The translations under genes were made by a program, and so were the position numbers. Shown here one piece after another: positions 25,891-39,692 of a DNA stretch of 64,000 nt. A model generated the notes under the pieces. That model was not told the DNA's origin and searched no databases. It worked only from the letters and a program-made list of their open reading frames with translations. Source of the stretch: the human T2T-CHM13v2.0 reference genome, Homo sapiens; assembly GCF_009914755.1 (NCBI RefSeq), contig NC_060927.1; one strand, 5' to 3'. Position 1 is the stretch's first letter; every line of letters begins with the position of its first letter.

Positions 25891-26794
25891 CACACAAGCC
25901 AGAAATCTGGCAGGAATGCATAATACTTCCCCATTTGTTTCCATTTGATGAAATAGGACTTTGATCAAAGCCTTATTACTGTAACATCCTAAATATAAAA
26001 TATACATCTCTGCATCTCTACTGCTACTGCCTTTATTCTAGACATTATCATTGCTTGTCTGAAATATTGCCAATCCATTCTTTACAACACACCCAAGTAA
26101 TCTTTCTAAATTCTGATAATGATGTTACGTAACTCTGATTCATATTCTCCAATGGCTTCCACTGTTCTTAAGATAGCTAAGATCTGTAACAGGGTCAACA
26201 ATCTGGCCTCTAGCCACTTTATCAGCTTCATTTGATACTACTTCCTCTGACTCTGTGCAATTCACCCATGATGACTGTGTCAGTTATCTAATGCCATGAC
26301 TGTGTTATAAACCACCACCAAATCTCTGGGGCATATCACCACCATGTATCACTCATGTATCTAGGATTCTACTGGGGATTTGGGGATGAGAGGTTGGTCA
26401 CAGAAAGCAAATTATCTCTACTTCATGTTTCTGCCCTCCTCCTGCTTTTTGAGCAACTTGGCAGAACTATGTTGACATCAATTTCTTTTGGAATTGTCAA
26501 CACAAAAAAGATTTTACAGAATCAAATTTTAGAAAATAACTGCAAAATAAAACAAATTTTTTAAGGAGAGAGGAAGGAGATGATGCATTTGCTATCTCTT
26601 TATGAGCCAGATACTGTGCTATGAACTCAACTTATATGGCTTTATCTTTGCAATGAATCTACAATATTGTACCACTATTCACATTTTACAGGGGAGGAAA
26701 CTAAAGGTCAGTAGGATTAAATAAATGCAGTTCTCAAATTTCACAGTTTGACTTTGATATAACCCACATTTTCAGTTTTCCTTTACTTGTTCTT

Positions 26795-27200
26795 TGTTAT
26801 GCTTTTCAATCTCATGTTGAAATTTGATCCTTAATGTTGGAGGTGGGGCCGAATGGGAGGTGTTTCGGTCATGGGGGCAGATCCCTCGTGAATAGATTAA
26901 TGTCCTCCCTTGGGGGTGAGTGAATTCTCACTATATTAGTTTCTGAGAGAGCTAGTTGTTAAAATGAGCCTGGAATCTGCCCCCTTCTCTTGCTTCCTCT
27001 GTCGCTATGTGATCTCTGCACACATCATCACCCCTTCACTTTCTGTCATGAGTGGAGGCAGCCTAAGGCCCTCACCACATGTGGGTGCCCAATCATGAAT
27101 TTTCCAGCAATCAGAATTGTGAGCCAAATAAACCTTTTTTCCTTCCTAAACTACCCAACTTCAGGCATTCCTTTATAGCAACACAAAATGAACTAAGATA
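26795..27200 (+). mobile_element. MaLR solo LTR (MSTB/MSTC-like)
   Basis: 'ctcatgttgaaatttgatcc...gttggaggtggggcc...gtgagccaaataaacct...cctttatagcaacacaaaatgaactaaga'. Confidence 0.85.
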
Positions 27201-27591
27201 TTCTTTACCATATTTTAAAATGTGGTAGTAAAATTAGACATGATTAAGAGACCACAGTCTTAGCAGGATATTCCAAGAATGGACACCTTTGCTTGAACTC
27301 CACTGAGGCCCAAGGCCACTCTACTGGAACATATGCATTTACTTCTTTTCTTTGTCTCTATGGTACACTTTTCTTTTCTACCTTCTCTTCTCCTTTTCTC
27401 TCTTTTTTTAATGTCCAGACTCCACTTTATATCACAGGTCTCCCAGACATTGCCGAGGAGGCTATAGTCCATTAAGTACCTGTCTTCCAAACTGTCAGAA
27501 ATGCTGAGAATTCTCTACTGGGCTTAATGAAAGAAAAACAGCACAGGTTTCTAAGTCTGAGGAATGCAAGATAGAATCTCAACTCTGCCAA

Positions 27592-27892
<301 letters not shown>

Positions 27893-28825
27893 GATAACTT
27901 TGCCAATTATTAATTTTGTAACTTTGAAAACATTTTCTAACTTTCTTCAGACTTGAATTTCTTATTTGAGGAGAAAAAAAATGAGATGCAATATCTTCTT
28001 GCTTGAGCCTACTAGCCTTCAAATTAGCTGCAATTAAACTGAGAGCGAGGCGTAGAGGTGGGGAAGCAAAAAAGTAAGACAGGCTTGAAAACTATACGTA
28101 AGAAGTATATCTAAGAATATTGTGTATGTCCTGGAAACAGAACTCACTGGGAGGAAAATAGTATAGAAGCCTTGTCAGTTTCTGAGGAAACTGGATTGCA
28201 AAAGAACCCGCAGGCATGACTAAACATGCTTGACTGTTTAAGACACTGAAACAACAGCTAGGCCACCTCTTGAACAAGCAGCTGATGAACGTACTCTGTA
28301 ACGCCCACTTCTGTTCCCGATCTTGTGCTTGGCATAGGCCCTAAATATATGTCTGTTCCCTCCCATATTGTATTCCCACCCTTAAGGACAATTCTATTTT
28401 CTGCTTCTAAAGATTAGGTCCCTAGGTCTAGGAATAAATTGCCACTACCCATGCTTTGGGCCTTTCACTCTGTCAGGGGCTGCAAGAATCTGGCAGCTAG
28501 CAGAGCCCAATGGTGTTTGGAGAAAGAAATCCCTTAATCACCGTGGTATAACTAGTGAGGTTACTTCTCTTCCATGAAGACATTCTGCCTCTCCTCTCTG
28601 ATTGACTCATCTATTCTCCTAGTAATGCTAGTCCAGCGTGGAAATGATAGCATTTACTTACACATTATTTACACCATATACTCCTTTTTTAGTCTTTTGA
28701 ACACTCATTGTGCCACCAGGAAAACTCTTCAGGTCTTTGATCACAACTAAAAGTCAGAGTATATGGTCTGACTATTACTTATCGGGACTCTAGGTGGAAT
28801 GTTTTTAAAGGGTGTGTCAGCATAG

Positions 28826-29164
<339 letters not shown>

Positions 29165-30232
29165 TGGTTCTCTGTGAATTTCTGACAAGGTTTGCATGGT
29201 GCCTTGGTTCTGATGGAAAGTACACATTTCTGCTGGCATGTCAAGAGTCCAGGGTAGACTGGTACACAGTGGCACTAACATTTTGCTGCCTCCAACCCCT
29301 CCACATCCCAGGGCATTGAGGTATACGTCTCCTTTAAGGAGTGGAGAGCAAATGGAAAAGGTAGGGAGGGAAAAAAAGCATGTAGGAAGTGAAAAGAAGA
29401 GAGAAAAAAGGTCTATAATTCCCGTCTTGTGAGTCTCCACTGGGCACATACCTGCTTCTTCATGGAGAAAGCCTGCTAATGTGCTCCACGATGCTTTCCT
29501 TTTTCTCATCCCTTCACCCAACCTACTTTCCCATTACAGCTTTTCCTCTATAATCCACCAAACAGTAGCCAGGTCAGGTTCAAAGGAAGATAAGAAGCCT
29601 GGAGACGTACGACTGTGATGTATGTTACTGACATAACAGTACTGTAGTTCCTAAATGAACAAAAGAAAAAGAAAACTAATTTATTACTGTCCCAGAATAG
29701 TAGCCAGGACTGACCCTTGCTAAAATATCTCCCTTTCCCCAACTCTACAAAGGAATTGAATGCACAATAAAAGGAGATCACCTCTCCCAGAGTCCTCTTA
29801 CTTGCTCCTTCCCTTCCAGTGTTTCTTTCCATCTTTACCTGAGGGCTTCGCAGACTTTATCCTTTTCATCCTGAAAGCATTGCTTCTTTCTAGGATGCTA
29901 AGAGTTATTTTCCTGGTAACCTAGCCCATAAGAGAGACTTAAAAAGCACTAATTCCATTTACTCCAATTAAAATAATCAAATACACCATTCACACTAAGG
30001 TATTACAATTATTTCCAATAAAGAAATTTTCATTTTAAATATAGAATTCTAGAAAAGCCTTAATTAACAGAGCAGAAGTAAAAAATTGGTCATGAATGAC
30101 CTCCTCCACTAGCAAATGTGTTTTGTTTGGCCTACCAAGTGTTTTAACAAAATAGAGAAGTTTTTAAAAAACCTTTTCTATAGAAGTATGAATTCCCTGG
30201 CTTGCTTTTTAAAAACCTCAGCCTGTGTTTGG

Positions 30233-31675
30233 TGATATGGTTTGATCCCATTTTCTGAGGACAAATTCAAGCCTGCTGCAGAAATTTGCATAAGTAACAA
30301 GGAGCTGAATGTCAATCCCCAAGAGGATGGGGAAAATGACTCCAGGACATGTCAGAGGTCTTCATGGCAGCCCCCCCAATCACAGGCCTGGAGGCCTAGG
30401 AGAAAATGGTTTCTTAGGCCAGACCCAGTATCCCCATGCTGTGTGCAGCCTAGGGACTTGGTGCTCTGCATCCCAGCTGCTCCAGCTGTGGCTGAAAGGG
30501 GCCAACATAGAGCTCGGGCTGTGGCTTCAGAGGGTGCAAGCCCCAAGACTTGGCAGCTTCCATGTGGTATTGAGCCTATGAGTGCACAGAAGTCAAGAAT
30601 TGAGGTTTGAGAACCTCCGCCTAGACTTCAGAAGATGTATGGAAATCCCTGGATGCCCAGGCAGAAGTTTGCTGAAGGGGCAGGGCACTCATGGAGAACC
30701 TCTGCTAGGGCAGTGCAGAAGGGAAATGTGGGGTCAGAGCCCCACACAGAGTCCCTACTGGGCCACCACCTAGTGGAGTTGTGAGAAGAGAGCCATTGTC
30801 CTCCAGACCCCAGAATGATAGATCCACCAATAGCTTGCACCATTTGCCTAGAAAAGCCACAGACACACAATGCCAGCCTGTGAAAGTAGCTGGGAGGGAG
30901 GGTGTACCCTGCAAAGCCACAGGGGTGGAGCTGCCCAAGATCATGGGAACCCACCTTTTTCATCAGCGTGACCTCGATGTGAGACCTGGAATCAAAGGAG
31001 ATCATTTTAGAGATTTAAAATCTGACTGCCCCAATGGATTTTGGACTTGCATGGGCCCTGTAACCCCTTTATTTTGTACAATTTATCTCATTTGGAACAG
31101 CTGTATTTACCCTATACCTTCCATTGTATCTAGGAAGTAACTGGCTTGCTTTTGATTTTGTAGGCTCATAGATGAAAGGAGCTTGCCTTGTCTCAGATGA
31201 GACTTTAGACTGTGGACTTTTGGGTAATGTTGAAATGAGTTAAGACTTTGGGGAACTGTTGGAACGCATGATTTGTTTTGAAATGTGAGGGCATAAGATT
31301 TGGAGGGGCCAAGGGCAGAATGATATGGTTTGGCTCTGTGTCCCGACCCAAATTTCATCTTGAATTGTACTCCCATAATTCCCATGTGTTGTGGGAGGGA
31401 CCCAGTGAGAGATAATTTGAATCACGGGGGTAGTTTTCCCCACACTGTTCTCATGATAGTGAATAAGTCTCACGAGATCTGATGGTTTTATCGGGGGTTT
31501 CTGCTTTTGCATCTTCCTCATTTTCTCTTGCCACTGCCATTTAAGAAGTACCTTTAGCCTCTGCCATGATTCTGAGGCCTCCCCAGCCATGTGAAACTGT
31601 TAAGTCCAATTAAACCTCTTTTTATTCCCAGTCTCAGGTATGTCTTTATCAGCAGCGTGAAAACAGACTCATACA
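30233..31675 (+). mobile_element. THE1 (MaLR) element: 12-bp 5' LTR stub + 3' part of THE1-int + complete 3' LTR (31321-31675)
   Basis: tgatatggtttg fused to 'cccattttctgagga.aaattcaagcc' (THE1-int); purine tract then LTR tgatatggtttggct...gactcataca. Confidence 0.9.
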
Positions 31676-32698
31676 CTCGGCCAGAGGACTGCCCACTGCT
31701 TCCCGTAGACTGGCTATGATGCTTGGTTTGCCAAGACCCCACCACATCTTATCTTGTCCACAGGGTGTTACACTCATTTCGGTTACCTCCCTGACCTCTC
31801 ATAGAGCTTGAATCTGCAACTGCTGAACTAAGTAAATTAACACATATCTAGATTTCAGGTGCCCCTTCTTCCTCTCCAGAGTGCTTTCTCTGAGACCAAC
31901 TCTACCGTTTCCCAGAGTCAGAAGATCCCCTCTCATGGCTCTACACACTACTTACTGCCTGTCTTCTTCTTTAATTTGTCTGTTCCCCTTCCCAGCACAT
32001 GCACGCATCTTGAGTGCGGAAACAGTTTTGGTGTTCTTTGTAACCACAGCACAATCCACATGATGAATACTCCTGGCAGGCAGATTAAATCTTACCCAAA
32101 TTAGTATGTGCTTTACTTGGTATTTTCTGTGAAATTACTTCCAGAAAGTTCTTTAGTTTGTCACTTCTTTGGCTATAGTTAGGCAGCCAACAGCAGGACA
32201 ATTCTACAGAAATGAAATATTTTTTCTAAAATCCAAGAAAGATGATAAATGAGATTGATTAAATTTCAGAAGAAAAGTGGTAAAGCACTATTTGTATAAA
32301 CCAAATTCTGTACGTGTCTTAGCCTAAGAAATAACCACCTGGAACACAATTTATATCTTCATAGCACATTTTCTCTGTATACACAAGTCCTACTCCATCT
32401 TGAAGCAAGGTTTAATTGTCCTCTCCTTTTGAAGGATGTTCTCAGATTTTCTAGGCTAAGATCCAACAGCACTTTGACAGATTTCTATTGTAATGCTTTA
32501 TTTGGTAAGTATTTATGTATTTGTTTTCCCCAGTGGCCTGTGGTACAGAATCTACATTATTCTTTAAATTTGAAATAACCATCAGAACTAGGCTGAGAGA
32601 AGGTGCTCAATGTATGTTTGTAGAATAAAGTTGCTTCAAAATTGGTATCATGAGATGAACTTAATTGTTTCTATTTGAAACAATATAAAAAACAGCAG

Positions 32699-33085
32699 TG
32701 TTACCAGTAGAAGGTATCCAGGTTCTTGGCATCTGGAACAAAGAATTGGACAAAACACACAAACAAAGCGAGGAAAGCAAGGGCAGGGATTTATTGAGAA
32801 TGAAAATACACTCCACAGTGTGGGAGCGGGCCGAGCATAGGGGCTCAAGAGCCCCACTTACAGAATATTCTGGGGTTTCAATACTCTAGAGGTTTCCCAT
32901 TGGTTACTTGGCATATATTCTATGTAAATGAAGAGAATGAAGTGAAGTCACAGAGTCATTTACTCAGTATGTGCCATATTGTAAATAGAGAGGATGTTAC
33001 CTGATGCGTGTGATCTAGGTAAATGGAGAGGATGAATGTGAAGTTACAAAGTGTAAATCATGTGAATGGAGAGGATGAAGTGACT
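32699..33085 (-). mobile_element. MER51-family LTR (ERV1), U3 end truncated
   Basis: 'tgttaccagtagaagg...ccaggttcttggc...aacaaagaattggacaaaac...ctagaggtttcccattggttacttgg'; internal gtaaatggagaggatg repeats. Confidence 0.75.
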
Positions 33086-33240
33086 ACATGTCTGCAGTCT
33101 GAACTACTTGGGAGACTGAAGTGAAAGGATCTCTTGAGCCCAGGAGGTCCAGGATGCAGTGAGCCGTGATTGCACCAATGCATTCCAGCCTGGGTGACAG
33201 AGCAAGACCCTGTCTCATACAAAATAATAATATGATAAAT
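33086..33240 (+). mobile_element. Alu right-arm/FLAM-like fragment
   Basis: 'cttgagcccaggaggtc...gcagtgagccgtgattgc...ccagcctgggtgacagagcaagaccctgtctc'. Confidence 0.85.
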
Positions 33241-33456
33241 AAATTACCAGTGTGCATAACATGCAATAAGGGCAAGTATTCATTAATAAAATGCTCACAA
33301 ATATGTACTTTGGATTATGCCATAAAAGGTATTTCTCCCCATGGGTTATGTGAAAGTGCAAAAAACATTGATTTAAAATGTGACTGAGTTATTAATGTCT
33401 GTACAACTCAGCAGACAGTTCAGTATATATTTCAGTAACTTTTTTGTTAAAAATAA

Positions 33457-33697
33457 AGTTCGAGACCAGTCTTGCCAAATGACAAAACCCCGTCTCTACT
33501 AGAAAATACAAAAACTAGCCGGGCTTGGTGATGCACACCTGTAATCCCAGGTACTCCAGCTACTCCGGTGGCTGAGGCACGAGAATTGCTTGAACCCAGG
33601 AGGCGGAGGTTGCAGTGAGCTGAGATGGAGCCACTACATGGCAGCCTGGGTAGCAAAGCAAGACTCCATCTCAGAAAAAAAAAAAAAAAAAAAAAAA
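33457..33697 (+). mobile_element. 5'-truncated AluS
   Basis: Begins at 'agttcgagaccag'; long A tail. Confidence 0.9.
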
Positions 33698-34786
33698 GAC
33701 AAGACATCTCCCTTCTTCTTTGTAGCAGAGCTGAGAGCTGGCATACAAACTCAGAGGGTTCAGGTTCCAACACTCAAGCTTTTTTCTTTCTTTTTTAAAT
33801 ATCTTGCTGGCAGAAAACTGCTTTCCTCTAAGCTGCCATTCAGGGCCCAGTGAAAAATGACCCTGAAAAATCCACCATCAAAGATTAAGAGAGAGCCCTC
33901 AAACTTTGCATGCTCCTGACAAGATCCCTCCTCCCTCATCTCTCAAAAACACCAGCTTTGTCACCATTATCTAATATGTCTTTATCCATATTTACATCAG
34001 TCATTGCAAGAAACCAAGGACTGATTCTTAGGAAATTGCTCATTCCTCCTTACACTCATTTTGATAAGGCTCTGTTAATTCCTGTTTTTGATCAGTCCTC
34101 AACCACTGAACTCCTCCAACTCTGTTCCCTGGAACTCCAATAATCAGCAAACTTCTCTGTGGCCTCAAGTTTTTTCCTAAAAGTTCCCTTCCACCTCTTC
34201 TTGCACTAACTGAACTTGGTGCCCCTGGAGGACAGTATCCCCTGCAGCCCCCTGCAGTGGTTTTGCCTTTCTTGTATCACTGGATGCAGACATATGCATG
34301 GGGGGAAGGGATGTCCTTTTTGTCCCCCATTGCCACTTCTAGGCTGCTGTCTTTTCTGACTCCATAAAAGGACTTGCTTGAATCTCAAATAATCAGATAT
34401 TTTACCTTCTCCTTCCCTTTGTTATAGTCATTCATCTTCCCCAGATCACCCCTGCCTCCCACATTTCTTGAAGATTTTAGTTCCTGGTTAACAGTCAGCC
34501 TCCAAAACTACTTCTGTGATAAAATTATTCGCTATATATCAATGTGTACACACATGATCCTTTTAATTCCCAGGCTTTTTCCCCTCTACCAACCCAGTCC
34601 TCATCCTACATCTGGCACTTGCCTCACTCCTATAATCATATCCTAATCTTTTTCTTACAGAAACTAATACCCCTTTGTTACCTCATTTACACACTTCCCA
34701 TTGCCATAAGAAAATTTCCTATTTTTCCTGTTCGCTTCCTCTCTGGCTTTCCTTTATGTATGCCTTTCTTTATTCTTTTTCTTTCA

Positions 34787-35033
34787 TCTGTGGTTTTCAA
34801 CTAAGGGCAATGTTGATGTCCACCCCTCCAGCAGGTATTTAGAGATGTCTGAAGACATTTTTGGTTATCACACCAAGAGGGTGTTACTGGCATCTAACAG
34901 GTAAAGGCCAAAGATGCTGGTGACATCTCCCAATATACAGGACAGACCTCCTGAATTTTCCAGTACAAAACATAATTCAGTGCAAAGAATTATTCAGTGC
35001 AACAGGTCAATAATGCCAAGGTTGATAAACTGC
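34787..35033 (+). mobile_element. MER20 (hAT-Charlie MITE)
   Basis: 'gtggttttcaac...atgtctgaagacatttttggtt...actggcatcta...ggccaaagatgctg...gtcaataatgccaaggttga'. Confidence 0.85.
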
Positions 35034-35069
35034 TTAACATTACCAGGATCTACAGTCCATTGATTTTAA

Positions 35070-35512
35070 CATGGCATTAGAGATCAAACTGCTTCCTCCA
35101 AAAAACATATGTTGAAGTCCAAACCCTGGGTTCCTCAGAATGTGACCTGATTTGGAGACAGGTCATCGCAGATGTAATTAAGTTAAGATGGTATTATGCT
35201 GGAGTAGGGTGCTATCCAATATGACTGACATCCTTATAAAAAGGATGCCATGTGAAGACACAGAGGCACAAGAAGAACTTCGTGTGAAGATGGAGGACTA
35301 GAGCGATGCATATACAAACCAAGGAACACCAAAGTTTGCCTGCGGACCACCAGAAGCTAGGAAGAGGCAAGGAAGGATCCTCTTCTAAAGATTTCAAGAG
35401 AGCATGGTGCTGCTGACACCTTGATTTCAGACTTCTATATTACAGACCTACAAGACAATAAACAACCTTGTTCATGGTACTTTGTTACAGCAGCCACAGG
35501 AAGCTCATACAA
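35070..35512 (+). mobile_element. MaLR solo LTR (MLT1C-like)
   Basis: 'tatgttgaagtcc...cctcagaatgtgacc...ccaccagaagctaggaagaggcaaggaaggat...tttgttacagcagcc'. Confidence 0.85.
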
Positions 35513-36263
35513 CTGGTTTCTCTGAACTTTGCTTGAATTTACGTTCTCACTTCCAGCCTTGCCCAGCTTAAATAATAAGACCAGAATACTAGCTATTAAT
35601 AATGGAATCGTGTTTGCTAAGCCATAGAATATAAAATCTTACACTACTGTGTTTATTCTAATTAGGAAGCAAAGAGATTCAAATCTGGTTGTGCGTATTC
35701 ATCTATCCAATCAAGTGATAAAATGTTATAGGCAGTTATGACAGAATTTGTCTCAGGGTAAATTTGAAAGATGGCAAAAATTTATGTGATACAGTAAATT
35801 GATAATATCAATGAGTTCTCCATTAACAGCAGAACTCTTGAGAGGGGATTTTCCTTATAAACCTGAGCTGAATTTTCTCAGAAGGTGCTCTGCATTAGTC
35901 CACATGTTCCAGATTTTAATTCCTTGTCCAGTGACCAGTGACCCCAAATCCATACTGTTGTTATCAAATATCTGACCAACAACTCTGAGTGAATAATCTC
36001 AGCTTTAGTGGTGGGCCTGAAATAATTCTGTTCTACTTAATTAAATGACTTTGCAAACTCAAGGCTACATCAAAAAAAGAGAAATAGATGATTTTTAAAA
36101 ATGAATATGATATTGTCATTTTTGCATAATTTGTTTTTATGCAAATATAACAAGTTTAAAAAATCATGATACTGCTTTGTATATGCTTTGTATTAAAAAT
36201 ATTTGAGAAACTAACATAATAGATGGTTTTAACTAAAACACTTGAAGATTTTACCCATGTATA

Positions 36264-36550
36264 GGCCAGGCGCGGTGGCTCACGCCTATAATCCCAGCAC
36301 TTTGGGAGGCTGAGGCGGGTGGATCGTCTGAGGTCAGGAGTTAGAGACCAGCCTGGCCAACACAGTGAAACCCCGTCTCTACTAAAAATAAAAAAATTAG
36401 CTGGGTGTGGTGGCGGGCGCCTGTAATCCCACTACTCTGCAGGCTGAGGCAGGAGAATCACTTGGAGGTGGTTGCAGTGAGCCGAGATTGTGCCATTGCA
36501 CTCCAACCTGGGTAACAAGAGCAAGACTCCATCTAAAAAAAAAAAAAAAA
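36264..36550 (+). mobile_element. AluS with short right-arm deletion
   Basis: Dimeric Alu; 'gagaatcacttggaggtggttgcag' lacks the gaacccgg segment. Confidence 0.9.
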
Positions 36551-36887
36551 GGTATGCTTGCAATTAATTTTAAATAGTTAACCTGATTTACTAAATATAT
36601 GAGGGCAAGTTTTATGATGTTTAAATGCTTAAGAGAACCATATGGAAATGTGTAATTTTATTATTTGACTTATCCCAATTACTTATGTGTATAGAAAGGA
36701 TTTCTTTATGGGATTTGTAATCTGCTCTTTTAGGTGCTTAAAGTTCTTGAGAAAATCCATTATATGAAATTGTGACCATAGCTGGAAACATTTATAGGAA
36801 TATAATTAACCAAGTACATAAAATATGTTTAAATATTTAGAAACAATCATATTATTGGACTTAGACTTCCATTTCTTGAATTATATA

Positions 36888-39578
36888 CCATTGACCTTTG
36901 AACAACATGGATTTCAATTGCAAGGGTTCACCTATACATGGATTTTTTTTTTCAATAAGCGTATTAGAAAAATTTTTGGAGATGTCTGACAATGTTTAAA
37001 TATTCACAGATAAATCATGCCTAGAAATAGCAAAAAGATTAAGAAAAAGGTACGCCATGAATGCATAAAACATATTGATACTAGTCTATTTTCTTATTTA
37101 CTCTATAAGATGTACAAAAATCTATTATAAAAAGTTAGTTTGTCTACACTTACACATACAGACACTTAAAGACTACATGGCACCATTCTCAGTTGAGAAA
37201 AATGTAAATAAATTGAGATGTACTATCAAAATAATAACTGCATAAAAACTATAATTAATTATAGTACATGTGGTACTTCTGTAATACTTTTGTAGCCACC
37301 TCTCATTGCTATTGCAGTGAGCTCAAGCATTGTATCTGCTTGAAATGTCATGTGATGCTAATCACCTCCAAGTGAGCAGTTTGTCTCATCCATAAATTGC
37401 GTATCCCAGTAAAAAGTGACCTTTTGAAGTTCTCACTCATTTTTCAGTGCAATACCATAAACCTTCAATAACACCATGGGACCCATACAAAGAGTCAGTA
37501 GTGCTGCTGGAAGTGCTCCCAAGAAACAGAGAAGAGTCACGACATTACCAAAAAAAGGTGAATTGTTTGATAGGTCCCATAGATTGGGGTCTGCAGCTGA
37601 AGTTTCCTGTCACTTCAGGATAAATGAATCTAGTATAAGGCTCATTGGAAAAGAAAAGAAAAAAAAGAGAAGAAAAGAGAAGATATGAAGCCATCACTAC
37701 AGCTAGGCCAGGAAGTACCAAGACTTCGCACTTTTTGCAAAATACCTTTTTATGTCATATTGAAAATGCACCTTTTATGTGGGTGCAGGATTGCTATAAG
37801 AAAGGCATACTTATACACTCTAACATGATTCAAGAAAAAGCAAAGTCACTATATGATAACTTAAAGCAAAAGGAAGGTGAAAGATCTAAATCTGGAGAAC
37901 TTAATGCCAGAAAGGATAGTTTGATAATTTTAGAAAGAAGTGTGGCTTAAAAAATGACAAGATAACAAGAAAAGCAGCTTTTGCCAACCAAGAGGCAGCA
38001 AATTTCCACACACCATTAAGAAACCCATTGAGGATAAAGGACATTTTCCTGAAGAGATTTTTATTGCAGATGAAAGTGCCCCATTTTGGGGGGTGGGGGA
38101 GAAATGCCACAAAAGATATTTACTAGTAAGGAAGAAAAGCAAGCACCAGGATTTAAGGCAGGAAGGGATAGGCTAATGCTATTGTTTTGTGCAAAAGCAG
38201 TTGGGTTTATGATCAGGGCTGTCCCTATCTATAAAGCTACTAACACCCAAACCTTGAAGGAAAATAAAACACCAGCTGTCAGTCTCTTGGCTGTATTACA
38301 ACAAGAAGGCCCAGAAAATGAGAACTCTTTTTCTGATTGGTTCTATCAATGCTTTGTTCCTGAAATTGGGAAGTACTTTGCCAGTAAAGGGCTTTTTTAT
38401 AAAGTTATTTTGATATTGGACAATGTCCCTGGCCACCTAGAACTCTACGAGTTCTACACCAAAGGCATCAAAGTGGTCTATTTGGCCACAAACTCAGCAT
38501 CTGTAATTCAGCGGAGATCGGGGGATCATAAGGACCTTTAAGGCTCATTATTCACGGTAGTCTATGGAATGATTGTCAGCACTATGGAGGAGAATCCCAA
38601 TAGAGAGCACATCATGAAAGTTTGGAAGATTACCCCATTGAAGATGCCATCGTTGTTACAGAAAATGCTGTGAAAGCAATCAGGCCCAAACAAATAAATT
38701 TTGCTGGAGAAAACTGTGTCCAGGTGTTGTGCATGATTTCACAGGATTTGTGGCAGGACCAGTCAAAGGAATCTTGAAAGAGATTGTGGATATGGCAAAA
38801 ATGGTGCAGGGATGAGAGGTTTCAAGATATGAATCATGAAGAAGTTCAAGAACGCATAGGCACCACATCAGAAGAATTAACAGAAGAAAACTTGATGGAG
38901 ATAAGGACTTCCAAACCAGTGTGAGATAGTGAGGAAGAGTACATAGGAGAAGCAGTGCCAGAAAACAAATTGACATTAGACAATCTGGCAGAAGGGTTAC
39001 AATTATTTAACACTGCTTCTGACTTTTTGTACAACATGGAGTCTTCTATGATACAAGAACTGAAATTAAAGCAAATGGTGGAAGGATTGGTACTGTATGG
39101 TATTATCTTTGGAGAAATGAAAAAGCAAAAAAGGCAGACAGAAATCATGTATTTCTGTAAAGCTACACCACTGTGCCTGCCACTCCTCCTTCCACCTCTT
39201 CCACCTCTTTCAGTTCTGCCACCCCTGAGACAGCAAGACCAACCCTTCCTCTTTCCTCTCTTTCTCAACCTACTCAGTGTGAAGATGACAAGGATGAAGA
39301 CCTTTATGATGATCCACTTAATGAATAGTAAATATATTTTCTCTTAGGAATAGCTTAATAACATTTCTTTTCTCTATCTTACTTTATTGTAAGAATACAG
39401 TATATAATACACATAATATATAAAATATGTGTTAATTGAGTGTTTATATTATCAGTAATTCTTCCAGTCAGCAGTAGTCTATTAGTAGTTAAGTTTCTGG
39501 AGAGTCAAGTTATATGTAGATTTTTTACTGTGAAGGGAGACAATGTCCTTAACATCTGCCTTTTTCAAGAGTCAACTG
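36888..39578 (+). mobile_element. Tigger2, full-length (~2.69 kb) pogo-like DNA transposon
   Basis: TA|ccattgacctttgaacaa ... ttcaagagtcaactg|TA (TIRs plus TA TSD), with transposase remnants inside. Confidence 0.92.
37476..39200 (+). pseudogene. Frameshifted Tigger2 (pogo/CENP-B-like DDE) transposase
   Basis: Collinear ORF pieces: HTH (KKQRRVTTL...HFRINESSIR), CENP-B-type HTH (WVQDCYKKG...IQEKAKSLYDNLK), 'ADESA', 'APGFKAGRDRLMLLFC', 'ILILDNVPGH'; many stops and frameshifts. Confidence 0.9.
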
Positions 39579-39649
39579 TATATTTAAAATATGAAATAAT
39601 TTAAGCTTATATATAGTACCTAAAGATTTATATACATTTTGTTCATGAA

Positions 39650-39653
<4 letters not shown>

Positions 39654-39689
<36 letters not shown>
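39654..39689. repeat. (TA)n microsatellite
   Basis: Seen directly in the sequence. Confidence 0.95.

Positions 39690-39692
<3 letters not shown>

Larger units (their letters stand above)
24150..26300 (+). mobile_element. L2 fragments interrupted by MER50 and MLT2A
   Basis: 'atatgtatccagctgtctac...catctccact...ctcaaactgaacaggtccaaagctgaactcc' and, after the LTRs, 'caagccagaaatctgg...ctccaatggcttcc'. Confidence 0.65.

Noticed and set aside
31413-31424. DUX4 site in the THE1 3' LTR
   Set aside because: Reads TAATTTGAATCA, one base longer than the TAATTGAATCA motif, so the spacing is probably broken.
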